Notes under the pieces: model-generated | What the model was told of the DNA's origin: nothing | Database searches by the model: none | The model's input: the letters and a program-made list of their open reading frames with translations, nothing else | In this document: positions 25,701 to 37,589 of the stretch, in pieces | Numbering within the stretch: position 1 is the stretch's first letter | Layout: the number at the start of each line of letters is the position of its first letter | Program-made: the position numbers and the translations under genes | Assembly: GCA_028534125.1 (NCBI GenBank) | Contig: CM052817.1 | Location: 3,102,001-3,166,000 of the forward strand | From: Lama glama | Taxonomy: Eukaryota | Direction of reading: 5' to 3' | Length of the DNA: 64,000 nt

Positions 25701-26118
25701 CCGGTCCCGTGGAAAAGGCACAGCTGGGCACCGAGTGTCTGCTTCACACATACCGAGTGAAGAGAGACTTACCGGTCCCTGAAACGTCCTGCAAGACACT
25801 AACTGAGCTGAAACCCCTTTCTCTGTGGTTATCTTCCCAGCAGGATGAACACTCCCGTTTTCTTCCACTAACCATTCATTCACTTCCTCATTTGGGGAAT
25901 ATTTACTGAGCACTCACTGTGCTGGGGGCACTTGGAGGCAGGAAAGCCGACTAAGCCGGCAGCACCTGCCCCTCCCTGCAGCTGGTGACGGACACGCGTG
26001 TTAAACAGGCGACCTCGCTAATACACGCGTCGTCATAGGTCGTGGGCCAGGCGTCGTGAAGCCAAGACAGACATCACGGAGAGCCAGCCCAGTCCCCGGG
26101 ATTCCCGCCCTGCTGCGC

Positions 26119-26203
26119 GCGGTCTTAAGCCACACGCCCAACCCTGGGTCCCGGTCAGGCGCGTGGGGCAATTTACCTTCTCTCTCCCGCCTCCGTGTTT
26201 GTC
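26119..26203. repeat. 85-bp direct repeat, copy 1
   Basis: identical to 27070-27154. Confidence 0.95.
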
Positions 26204-26335
26204 GCAACGAATATTGTTAAGCGGTACGGACGCTACCACGATCCCCTTCCGCCTCCCACACCGTCCACAAGGGGCAGCTTGCCTTTGAACCACCTCTTGG
26301 TGGGTAAGAAGGTGTCTTTGTGGGTTTCCCCCCAT

Positions 26336-26520
26336 CTTTTTTCATTGAGGTACAGTTGATTTACAGTGTTGCAGGTGCACGGCACAGCGACTCAGTTCTA
26401 CATACGTATGTAAATCTGTTCTTTTCAGATTCTTTCCCTTTGCAGGTCACTACAAGGTAGTGATACAGCCCCCTGTGCTCCACAGTGGGACCTTGGGGGT
26501 TTTCTGTTTTACGTAGGTTA
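26336..26520 (-). mobile_element. LINE-1 3' end fragment (cetartiodactyl-type)
   Basis: ttgaggtacagttgatttacagtgttg...ttcagattctttccc...ccctgtgctccacagtgggacctt resembles the antisense L1 3' UTR. Confidence 0.7.
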
Positions 26521-27069
26521 ATCCCATACCAGATTTCCCCCACTTTGGAAAGTGCACAGATCACACATTCTTGCACACTTTTAAATCCAAGCGTGCTCTT
26601 CTGCTTCACAAATGAGTTAACACTCAGACAGGCAGCCGCCTCCGTACCCGCCCCCCGCCGGCCCCTCCCCTGGTCTCCGCCTCCGGAACAGCAGAGAAGT
26701 CTGAGCCCTTCTGAGCCCTTCTGATCTCCCCCCCCACCCCACGTAAGTAGTCTGTTCATTCTGTTTAGAACTTTGTAGGACTTCTTTCTTCCGGCATCCC
26801 TGGGTGGGCAGGAATTTTTAGGACTTTTTCATTTTTATGGTTCAAATTCTGAAATTCTTAGAGAATGGACTTGATACTGTTAACCGGGAAAAGGGAAATG
26901 AGAATTACCTCGGTTCTTAGCCTCCCGGAAAAAAAAGAATTTTTAACGAGAGACAGCGTGATATCAGCAAGATTTTTATTAGTAAAGTAAAATGGTAGTA
27001 AAAGATGGGACACCCCCAAGAGCTGGGAGGGGCCTTCCGAGAGCCGAGAGGTGGCGCCACTCCTGTTCT

Positions 27070-27154
27070 GCGGTCTTAAGCCACACGCCCAACCCTGGGT
27101 CCCGGTCAGGCGCGTGGGGCAATTTACCTTCTCTCTCCCGCCTCCGTGTTTGTC
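27070..27154. repeat. 85-bp direct repeat, copy 2
   Basis: identical to 26119-26203. Confidence 0.95.
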
Positions 27155-27175
27155 CTGGCTTAGGGACGTGTCTGT

Positions 27176-27200
27176 GATTGATTGATTGATTGATTGATTG
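27176..27200. repeat. (GATT)n microsatellite
   Basis: about 6 perfect units. Confidence 0.95.
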
Positions 27201-30200
27201 ACTAACGGCTCAGGTTCTCTGAGTGATCAGGCTGATCGACAGCTCGGGTCCCTGGTGCTCCGGCGCGCCCGTCCCCTTCGGGGCAGGTTCTTGCGCGGGA
27301 AGCACACGGAGAAGCCTAGGGAGGGCTCGCGCTGCGATGTTAGTGACACTGAGAGGAGCCCTGGGTCCGGTGGCGCCGGGTCCTCTTCTGCGCAGCTGCA
27401 GCGTTTTGATTTTAACTGGCTTCTTTTGCTGGCCTTCATTTAGAGAAAGTAAAAATTTCTGGAGTCCCTTATCCTGAATGCAGACAGACTGTTATTTTCT
27501 GAGTTGCTCCTCCCCTCCCCCACCCCGCCCGGCGCTCACTTCCGTCTGACTGACTGCGTCAGCCTTCGGAGCTGCAGGCTCAAAGAGTGTGCTCAGCTGT
27601 CTGCGGGGGCTGATTCCTGAGGAAGCCTGTTGCACAGTGAGCTCACTGGTCTCTTACGAGGCCTTTATCCTTGTCCCTCATCCTTTCCCACGTCTGGAGA
27701 TGTGCAGTCGCTCTCTGCAGTGGGGACACCGTGTCACACAGTCACCTTCTGCTTTTGATTGTCCTTAATGCAAGTAAATACTAATTATGTTCTCGTGTCT
27801 TCACTTTCCTCCCTCATCTCCCTCCGGCGACTCCCCTTTCTACTCAGGCTGGGACCTCCACTATCTTGTTTCAAAGACCGCGTGGTTTCTTGCATTTCAC
27901 ATCGAGATGCGATGCATACAATTTCTAAAGTTTCCTCCAGCCCCTTTGGTAGACTCTCCTCCACAACCTGTGCCTTCCCCCGCACCCGCTGCGGCGCTCC
28001 CGCGGTCTCAGGGCGGCCTGTCTTCCTGGCCCCGCTGACGCTGCGGTGGTTTCTTCCCACTTACTTCTTCTTGAATGAGGAGCGCTCCCTTCAGACCACG
28101 CGTTTCCCGCTCACGCGCTGCGTGTCCGTCCCGCCTCGCTGCCCTTTTATATGCTGAAGGCATTCTTCTTTTCCATGTTAATCTGGAAGGCAGAGTGAGG
28201 GGCACAGGCCCCAGACCAGTCGTGAGTATCCAGCAGGCCATCACTGAATGTGCATCTCTGGAATTGACCCCGTGGCCTAGTGTGAAGCCTGTAGATCAAG
28301 CGTTTACTTCTTCATGTGCGGTGGTTCTTTGTCCCAAACTCAGGGACGTGTTGTGGCCCCACTTCTGGCTTGGGGTGAGGGTAGGGGCACATGTGGCTCA
28401 AGATAAGGACAGTGAGCTGTAGGGATTCCTTTGGGATGACCATGTGACCTGGCCAGAGCCTCTAGACTTTGTAAGAGGATGATGCCCAGTCTGGAGCTAC
28501 TGCAGCCATTTTGTGACCTGAGAACCCCTACGTGCCTCCGCCTGAGCAGTGGACTGTGGCTAGGAGAAACAGTCACGCCAGAATTCTCCATATAATACTG
28601 TGATGCAAAGCTCGAGGGATGTAGGTTTCTATTCTGAGAGTGACTGCCATGCACAGAGAGTGCTCACCTTAGGACCGAAGATGCTACCAGGGACACACCT
28701 GTAGCCGGACAGATGGGTGATCCTCGTGCAGTGAGGGAGAGCGTGCATCACTGGACCTGGGGGGGGCGGCTCAGTCAGAGGGGCTGGGAAGGCCTGGCCA
28801 GAGGGTGGGCCACGGGAGAGGGCTCGGGAGGACTCAGGTGCTGTCGGGAAGCGGGGCCACGCTGTGTTCCGGTAGCTCGATGCTCCGGGCTAGGAGGAGG
28901 GGCTCAGGAGGCTGAGCCGTGACGGATGAAGGCGTGGCCCCCACTCGCTCAGCTGGGAAGGCCTGGGGTCACCTCTGGCCGGTCTGTGCTCAGGTGTGAC
29001 ACTCTCAGCTCTGGCCCATTCCTCGCAGCCACAGAGGCCTGGTGACGTGTGTGCAGACAGAAGGCCCGGCCCTGCGGGGCTGGCCCAGCCGGAGCCACCT
29101 GTCGGGGCCGCTTTTCTCTCTCTCAGTGCAGTGGGGCTTTCTCAGAAGGGTCCTGACTTCAACTTTGCACAAATCCCTGCAGAAGGGGTGTAGATTTCGA
29201 CACCAGCCTCAGCACCTGCTGGGGTATCTCCTGCAGGGGGTCCCCAGCTGTGCCTGACGGATGGGGCTCGGGGCCTGCCAACTGAGAGATGAGGTGGCCG
29301 TCTCTTCTGGGGGTCCCCACAGGCAGCGAGTGCCCCTCCGGCCCTGAGGGTTGCCCACTGGCTCCGAGCCTGCTCACCTTCCCGAAGGAGGCCACCAGGC
29401 CCTTGGAGGGACATGTTTTCGACAATGTCGGATTGTCTTGGCTTCCTCGGTGACTAGCCATTTCTGCTTGAGTGGCAGGGTCGGGGCTGAGGACAGCGGC
29501 TGTGGAGGAAGTGTTTTTCCTCCGCTGATTCCAATCTGTCTGTTCCTCTGAGATTCACTGCTACCTGATGACTCTGGACTTGGGTGTCTTGGGTGAAAGC
29601 CAGTTTGAGTCCTCCAGGAATTTGGGGTTTTGCTGGAGGTTTAGAGCAAAGCCTCTTATTTGGGCTAAAAACGATTTTCCCCTCCAAGTGCCTCAGTCCC
29701 CTGGTCTGTAGACAGGGGCCCTCACGCCTGCCCTGCTGACGAGAAGTGAAGGTGTGGCCACAGCGCCCGCACTTTGTGGCCGGTCACGTGGGCATGTTTG
29801 TGTCCTCGTCATCCTGACAGGAAGCCGTCACTGGCTGTGACATGGGGCAGTCCTAGGGCTGTGACCCCTGCGGGGTCCCCGTGGCCCCCACATGGCCCCC
29901 GCTCCCAGTCTGGTCCATCATTACAGGAAAAGTTTCCAGGTGCATCGACATGGGAGGAGCAAGCCTCTCATCACACCCGCCGGCCCTTCCGGGGGGAAGA
30001 CCCTCTACAGAGCCCCCGGCACGCTGACGCCAGCCAGAGAGGAGGGAGGTCTTAACCCCCAGCCGGGTCCTGGCGGTTAGAACAGGGAGAGGAAATGGCC
30101 CAATTCCGACGTCCTCCAAACACACTGCTGGTGCCGCCTCCACGTCTGTCTTGTCTCTCCACACACACTACACACATCACATCACACTCACACACACGCA

Positions 30201-30581
30201 CAGATACCATGCACACAGATACGTACACACTCCTCTCTGTCCCCTGGGCGGCATCCCAGCCTGGATGGTCCCAACTCCTGCCTGTCTCACCGCCACCTCC
30301 TCCTGGTCCTGCGGGCCCGGCTCAAATGTGCCTCTCATGGAAGATGGGTTCGGGTCACTGGGCCCCTGCTGGACCATGTGGTCACTGTCAGCTTCCCCAC
30401 TGGCCTGGGTTCTCCTTCAGGGCCCAGGGGTCTCATCTCATCCACTCGCGGGTCCTGCCCAGGGCCTGGCACCGGCTCAGGGGGCCTGAGGTCTGGGAGG
30501 AGGTGTTTGAGGTGTTGACACTAAACCCTGTCTGCAAGGATGGATTACAGCCCAGAGGAGGAGGTGGGGTGTCAGTGTGAA

Positions 30582-30710
30582 GTGTGTGTGTGTGTGTGTG
30601 TGTGTGAGTGTGCAGGTATATGTCTGTGTGTGTCTGTATGAGTGTGTGTGAGTGTGTAAGTATATGTCTGTGTGTCTGTATGCGTGTGTGTGAGTGTGTG
30701 TGTGCGTATG
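30582..30710. repeat. (TG)n compound microsatellite
   Basis: direct reading. Confidence 0.95.
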
Positions 30711-31249
30711 CAGGGGTGGTGGGCTGCTCTCATGTCCAAGCCGGGCCGCACTCACCTGCCCCCGTCCCCCTCAGACACCAAGTGCGAAGCCAGAAACAGA
30801 AGGCCGCCGCTCCAGGTGTGCAGAGCTTATGCAGCCACATAGAGGACCTCCTGGAGCAGCTTTCCCGAACCCGAGGGCACCCGGTCAGGGCAGAGGCTGC
30901 CAGCTGACCACAGCGGGGCTTGCCCTCCAGCTCCTGGCTCCTCTCGTTGCAGAGAGGAGGAGATTCCGTCCAGCTGGGCCCACGCTGCCAGCCGCAACCC
31001 TGGCCTCCGTGCCGCCCCGGGGCCCCTCAGCCGGCCATCGGGGGAAGTGAGCCACACTGGGGGAAGTGTGTGAGGACGCAGTGACATTATCACGTTGCAG
31101 GTGGCACGTTCTGGATCCAGCAACCGAGATGGTCAGTGTCATGGCCCCCTTCCTGCACCCAGCCCTGCTCGGGGTCCCTGGTCCCAGGTTCTGGGGCCAG
31201 GGTGTGTGTGTGTTCAGGGAAAGGTTTACAAACAGCATTATAATAAGGC

Positions 31250-33595
31250 AAACACTGATCATATTCATTTAATCTTTGTTAAAAGCATCACAAATTATTT
31301 ATTGATTTTTAAAAAGGAAAAGTAAGAAAGAATTGATCGCCTCTCTGTATGTGCATATACGGAGTCTGGGCTCAACCTGGTGGAATGGAACATCAGCTGC
31401 CCACAGCAGGTGCCGGCTCGGGCCCGGGTGCCCGGGGGTCCCTGCACGTCAGATAGACCCTCAAACGTGTAGCCAGATGACCCCGCAGACCTACGTGTCC
31501 ATCTATATGGTTACAGGGCAGGAAAAGTGTAAGGTTATAGATGCCAACTCTTCCCCCAAAAGGTTTTTAATAGAAATAATAACATAAAATACAAGAAAAA
31601 TACAAAGAGCTAAGGGGAAACCCCACCCAAATAGCGAGAGACGGAGCAGAGGGTCTGGGGAGGTCCAAGGGGTCGCCACCCGCAGGCCCCGGCGAGCTCG
31701 GGGCTGTGTCCCGGGGACTCCGTGCCGGACGGTCCTGATGGGCGTCTGATCCTGGTCCGCCGCTCACCAGACAGGCCGGGTTGGGTGGGCGGCCGGACAC
31801 AAGGTTTACTAAGGTGTGTCTGGAGACTGCAGGCGGGCAGGGAGCAGGCAAGGGCCCGGAGAATCCAGCCTCTTTCCACACAGACCCCCAGCTCCGGTCT
31901 CAGGTCCCCTGCCCCAGCCCCTCCCCAAGGAGGGTTTTGAGGACAACTTGCCAGGTGCGATCTGCAGGGGTGGGGAAGGCAGGGTGGGGAGGGGGATGTC
32001 TCTGCGCCTGGCCCTGTGACCTGCAGTGACCCCTTGCGAGCTGGTCTCAGAGTTGCTCTGAGTCCCCACGTGTGCCCCCAGGGGGCTGGGCTCCAGGGAC
32101 CCCCCCCCCACTCCACAAAGACTGAGGGACTCCGCGTGTGGGGTGGCCCTGGGCGTGAGGATCCATCCCCGGGTCCCCCCTCCCCCACAGGCCCTGCTTC
32201 TTCTCTAAGGAGGTGGGTTAGTGTCCCCTAGACTTCATTCTGGACTCACCACGGCCAGCGGGCTCCTAGCCTGGGCTGTGGTGTCCCCGCCGCTGAGGAG
32301 AAGGCCCCGACCACCTGGAAGCCCAGCCTGGGGGAGGGGAGTCGGGGGAGCAGGGGGTCCTGATTTTCAATTTCAAGGCAAAAGGTGAAAACCCGCCCCC
32401 GTATACTCCTGGGGTCCCTGAATCTAAGCATCTGGGAGTGACCAGACTTGCACTGCACGGGGAGCAGAGGGCTGGTTCCTGGGGCGCCTCTGCTAATTGT
32501 CTTGCTGTGTGACCTTGGGGAAGTCACTCCCTCTCTGGGCCAGTTTCTGCATCTTCAAAAGGAGGGGCACACTCCTGGTGGCCCTTCCAGCTCTGCGTCC
32601 TAAACCTCTTCTGGCTCCTGGGTTTCTACCCGCGCCCCTCAAACTATGAGGAAGCACAGAACACTCCGTCCTTCCAGAGGCCACGTGCCCACTAAGAGGA
32701 GGGGCCCACCGTCGGGAAACGTGCGCGGGGGCGCCACCTACTGGCTGCCTGCGGAAGTGCAGGCACTGGCTCCCTTGGACCCCCGTGGGCCCCCAAAGGG
32801 CGGGGGGGGGGAGTGGGGGCCAGAGAGAGCCTTTGCCCGGTGGGCTCCGGGAGACAAGGCTCCCAGGAGAGGCTGAGGAGCATCCCTGGGTGTTCTAGAA
32901 ATGGGTTCCCGAGAATGGGGCTATTGCCTGGCGATAAAAATAGGAAGTTGAAAAACCCTCCCCACCAAATGCAAACAGCTACCTAGAGAGGTATTTACAT
33001 TATCCGCAGTTTAAAAACTGGGGGGACAGCGGGAGGGACTGGATCCTGGAGGGGTGGATGCCCTGCAGAGAGACGCCATGCGGGCAGGAGCCGCCTTGCT
33101 GGGGTTTGTGAGGAGGAAAGCAGGGCTGCAGTGTCCCTCTGCAGGGACAGGAGCCCGCGGTGCAGGGCCGGGTGGGTCTGTGGTTCTGAGAGTGCAGGCA
33201 GCCCAGCAGGCTCATCTCCCAGGCTCCAGGGGGGCCCAGCCTCGGCGTGAGGAGGTGGGCCCAGCCTCGGCTGGGGTGATGTGGTGTGGGCAGCCAGGGC
33301 GGCTGAGGGGGAGTGACCAGGGTTTGGGGGGGGGTGTAGCTGGGCGGCGCCATGGGCCTGTGTCCAGGGAGGGTGGGAGCCGGCGGGTCCGCATGCGTCC
33401 GCGGGCTGGGCAGGCTTTAACTGGACAGAGGGGGCATCTGTCGCCTTGCGTGGGCGCAGCTGGAGGTGTCTTTCCCGAGGTCTCTGAGGGGGTGCCAGTC
33501 CCAGCCCCAGTGCCGGGGGCACGTGTGGTCCTGTGCTCTCCGCAGGGGATGAAGCGACAGACTGGAGAGAGTTCTGGGCGAGGGCCTCCGGTGCA
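31250..33595 (-). other. SORCS2: SORCS2 3' UTR (approximate end)
   Basis: lies between the TGA stop (33596-33598) and the minus-strand poly(A) signals. Confidence 0.65.
31268..31303 (-). terminator. probable SORCS2 polyadenylation signals (AATAAA at 31298-31303, ATTAAA at 31268-31273, minus strand)
   Basis: tttatt and tttaat on + inside an AT-rich island ~2.3 kb past the SORCS2 stop codon. Confidence 0.65.
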
Positions 33596-33660
33596 TCAGC
33601 TCACCAGGTAGCTGTGCATCTCCCGGGAGTTGATGCTCAGGACCACACCGGAGTGGTTCC
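33596..33660 (-). CDS. SORCS2: SORCS2 terminal coding exon (G)NHSGVVLSINSREMHSYLVS-stop
   Basis: manual reverse translation; tttccag acceptor (ct at 33661-33662); matches the SORCS2 C-terminus; not shown in this frame by the ORF track. Confidence 0.93.
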
Positions 33661-34204
33661 CTGGAAACACAGAGACGCGGGCATAAGCACATGCCCACCC
33701 TAGGCCGCAGGGCCAAAAAGAGACAGAGGGCCGTGCGGGACACAGTGTGGCCTCAGCCAGTGTGCGCGGGTCGTGCCTGGACGCAGGTGCGGAGGTGGTG
33801 AGGGTCTCTGGGCTTCCTGGGCGGGTGCCTGAGGGTGGGATCTCCCGGTGCTGTCACAAGCAGTGGACCCAGAGGGCCGCTGGGGGTGAGGCTGCCACCC
33901 ACCATACCCACTGACCTGCAGGGAGGCCGCCCTGGGCATCGGCAGCAGGGGGATGTAGGAGGGGCTGGGTCCCCCCCTGGCGGGGGGGGCTGCAGGGCGG
34001 CATGGCCAGGCGAGGCCCCGGGAGGCGGCGGGAGAGAGAAGGGCATAGTCAGGGTCAGAGACGCCAGGGTTAGCTGGGGGTCCTGGCTGCGATCTGACAT
34101 CAGGGGAGGAGGAAGCAGCCGAGAGCATCCAGCCAGGCTTCGGGGGTACGGGGTCACAAGCCCCAGTTGCCGGGTGAGCCCTCATTAAGGCCCATCACCT
34201 GGCG

Positions 34205-34345
34205 GCCTCAGTTTTGTCATCTGTAACTTGGGGGCAGTAATGGTGCCTCCTCTGAAGGACTGTGATGGGGCCCAGCAGGGAACTGCACCTGCAGATTTGG
34301 GCAGCCTGGAGCAGGCCAAGTGCTCCAGTAAATAATGCACTATTA
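34205..34345 (+). mobile_element. MIR fragment
   Basis: gcctcagttttgtcatctgtaac...gtgctccagtaaataatg, MIR core. Confidence 0.55.
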
Positions 34346-34672
34346 TTACTATTATTGCTCTTGGGGGCTCTCAGCAAACAGCTGCGGGGTCAGGAGAGCG
34401 GAGCTCCTGTCTTCCCGGGACACCCACCCCTCTGCCCAGGCTTGGGAAGCCTGGGTCCACCGGGAGCCTCGGCCGCCACCTCTCATGCGGGGTGTGACAC
34501 CACCTGATGAAGGTGGGGGCCGGGCCATGCCGGAGGCTCTCCAACCACCCCTGCCCGGGGCGGCAGAGGGATGGGGCAGTGGGGTCCTTGGGGATGTGCA
34601 GGGAGCTGCCCTGAGCCTGGGGCTGCAGCCGGGGGGAGGGGCACAGGCTTTGGCTCCACCTCGCCAGGGACT

Positions 34673-35172
34673 NNNNNNNNNNNNNNNNNNNNNNNNNNNN
34701 NNNNNNNNNNNNNNNNNNNNNNNNNNNNNNNNNNNNNNNNNNNNNNNNNNNNNNNNNNNNNNNNNNNNNNNNNNNNNNNNNNNNNNNNNNNNNNNNNNNN
34801 NNNNNNNNNNNNNNNNNNNNNNNNNNNNNNNNNNNNNNNNNNNNNNNNNNNNNNNNNNNNNNNNNNNNNNNNNNNNNNNNNNNNNNNNNNNNNNNNNNNN
34901 NNNNNNNNNNNNNNNNNNNNNNNNNNNNNNNNNNNNNNNNNNNNNNNNNNNNNNNNNNNNNNNNNNNNNNNNNNNNNNNNNNNNNNNNNNNNNNNNNNNN
35001 NNNNNNNNNNNNNNNNNNNNNNNNNNNNNNNNNNNNNNNNNNNNNNNNNNNNNNNNNNNNNNNNNNNNNNNNNNNNNNNNNNNNNNNNNNNNNNNNNNNN
35101 NNNNNNNNNNNNNNNNNNNNNNNNNNNNNNNNNNNNNNNNNNNNNNNNNNNNNNNNNNNNNNNNNNNNNNNN
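34673..35172. other. assembly gap (500 N)
   Basis: run of exactly 500 N, abutting a (CAC/CAT)n repeat. Confidence 0.99.
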
Positions 35173-35272
35173 CACCACCATCACCACCACCACCATCATC
35201 ACCGCCATCACCATTATAATCACCATGACCACCACCACCACCATCACCATTATAATCACCATGACCACCACC
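35173..35272. repeat. (CAC/CAT)n triplet repeat abutting the gap
   Basis: direct reading; internal higher-order unit catcaccattataatcaccatgaccaccaccac x2. Confidence 0.95.
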
Positions 35273-35412
35273 ACGGCCGCCCTTACTGCTGCGCAGACCA
35301 CCGGGGGTGTGGACTCGAGCCCAGCCTGCCTGTCTCCCTGCCCTGGGCTCCCTGTGCTTCCCCAAGGACCCGGTCTCTCTTTCACTTGGCCTCAAAGGGG
35401 CAATGGACTTAC

Positions 35413-35599
35413 AGTTGACCTGGACAAAGAGCACCGCCTCGTCGTGGCCTGCCACGTTCTCGGCCCTGACAGACACGCGGTAGACGCCGGGACTCTCGTA
35501 GCGGTGCCGGATGGGCTCCCCAGTCAATGTGAGGTTCACGTACATGGCCTTGAAGCCGTCCCCAAGGTCCACCTGGTACTTGGTGGTCAGGACATCACC
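35413..35599 (-). CDS. SORCS2: SORCS2 exon (PKD domain) GDVLTTKYQVDLGDGFKAMYVNLTLTGEPIRHRYESPGVYRVSVRAENVAGHDEAVLFVQVN
   Basis: tgcag acceptor, gtaagt donor, 187 bp, phase 0-1; PKD-like DLGDG and HRYESPGVYRV motifs. Confidence 0.96.
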
Positions 35600-36514
35600 C
35601 TGCAGGAAACACCGTGGGGCCACGGAGGAGTGGGTCACAAAGCTGAGGGGTCAGTGGTCTCGTTCACTCGTTCACTCCCTCACTCCTCTCCTCAGAACGA
35701 GTGGGCCTGGGACCCCCAGAGAACCAGGTCTGCTCTGCCCAGGGGGCTCCCAGCTGGGGTACGGGGCAAAAGCTGAAGGAAGGCTAAGGCGGGGCCGGGG
35801 CCAGGTTTGCATCTCAGAAAGCTGACCCAGCTGGGCGAGGGAGAAGGTCAGGGAGGCACTGCAGAGGTGGGCCCGGGGGGCCAGGGAGGACCACTGGGGC
35901 CTGAGCCGGGAGCCAGGAGGGTGAGGAGGGACCTCGCACTTGCTGGACGGTGTCAGGAACATGACTAGAAAGATCTGCATGTCTGAAGACTCAGTCTCCC
36001 AGGAAATTAAGGAAACATTATTTTTCCCTCTCTGATGATGTGGTTCCTGCGTTTAATTTTATCTCACTCTCTGCGGTACCAGAGTGATGCTCAGATGTAG
36101 GGGGTCTGTGCAGGGAGGGGCTCCCACCGACCGCTGCCTCTTCCCTGCGTTTCACCGTCCACACAAGCCATCTAATCACCCTGTACACCTCCTCACCACC
36201 AGCATCCTCCTCCCAGTAACCGTGTTCTCCTCACAGAGTTGGGGAAAGGAAACTGAGTGAGGGAAACAATAACTTTTTCAGCTTCGTGGCAAGAAGTTCT
36301 CATATTCAGTCTCATCTCTGCCCCATCACCCCTCCCTGACACCCCAACCCGACAGGGACACCCTGAAAACCATTTCCTAGTGATTAAGAATGAAAAACAG
36401 CTTCACTACTGTTTAGCAACCCTCTTATTTGACACCTGCCAAAACTTACAACTTGATATAAAAGAATACTTTTATATAAATTATGTTCATTTGACGTTTT
36501 TTACAAATATGGGG

Positions 36515-36910
36515 TCATAGGTTGAATAGTGTCCATCCCCTCCCACAACTCATGTCCACTTGAAGCCTCAGAATGCACCTTACTTGGAAACAGGTCTTTG
36601 CAGATGTAATGCATTAAGATGAGGTCATACCAGATTGGACAGGACCCAAATCCAGTGATTAGGGTCTTTATAAGATAAAGGAGGGGATTTGAGGCACTGA
36701 GGAGAAGCCACGTGAAATGGAGGCAGAGACTGGAGGGACCCCAGGGTCCCCAGAAGCTGCAGAGACAGAAAGGGTCCTCCCTTGGAGCCTCTGGAGGGAC
36801 CCTGGCCCTGCTGACAATTTGATTTTGGATTTCTAGCTTCCAGAACTCTGAGAGAAGAAATGTGTGTTGTTTCAAGCCACCCAGTTTTGTGCCACCATTG
36901 TAACAGCCAC
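36515..36910 (+). mobile_element. MaLR LTR (MLT1-type)
   Basis: ggtctttgcagatgtaat..taagatgaggtcatac...ttctagcttccagaactctgagagaagaaatgtgtgttgtttcaagccacccagtt, typical MLT1. Confidence 0.85.
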
Positions 36911-37589
36911 TTACACGTATAAATTCTATTATCCCCATTCTATAGGTTGGAAGACTGAGGCTCCAAGTCCAGAACCCGCAGGCTGGCCCACGCTCTGGTG
37001 CTCTCTCCATTTAAGGCAGCCTCATGGGTGGCAGTGAGGGGTCTCAAGTCCCACTTGCTCTGGGAGGGAGGGGTTTTCTGTGGTGCATCCTGGGAGCCTG
37101 AGTGGGACCTGCAGCTTGGACGGGCAGGTGCCACACCCACCTGGGGTCCCTGCTTCCTGCCTGAGAGTGGCTAAGGTCGGCGCACTTTTACCTGTCGAGA
37201 CACTTCCTTGGTTAAGGCACCTCACCATAACCAGGAAAGTAGCAGTGTCAACGCAGGGAAAGGAGAAAACACAGAAGGCAAACAGAAAGAGCCAGAACGG
37301 AGACACTGCAAAGTAACCTAGCACCCGCCACCCACACGCGGGGCCTCCATGCAGGGCGTGTGTGTGTATTTACCACCAAGCACTTCAGAAACACGCAAAC
37401 GTCCTGCATGCAGCCAATCGCCAGTTCACAAGTAGGTGTAGGGGATAACACCGAGAGACCATGTCCCCGGGACCCACTTGCCCGTGCTAACATCTCGTCA
37501 GCTTTAGTATCACAACTTGGAACCCACACAGTTACAGCCGAGATAAGGAACGGCTGAGTCATCGCTGGGGTCCCCGCTTCGCATCCCGA

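Larger units (their letters stand above)
26878..27560 (-). mobile_element. putative solo ERV LTR, minus orientation
   Basis: TG...CA termini, minus-strand AATAAA (tttatt ~26975-26980), CpG-rich body with GC box and ETS motifs near 27523-27544; no clear target-site duplication. Confidence 0.45.

Noticed and set aside
34585..34612. Plus-strand peptide DVQGAA resembling part of the SORCS2 cytoplasmic tail
   Set aside because: Wrong strand and no flanking similarity; coincidence
34335..35776. Long ORFs (294-428 aa) in the ORF track
   Set aside because: They read through the 500-N gap and a triplet repeat; only 35413-35599 is a real exon
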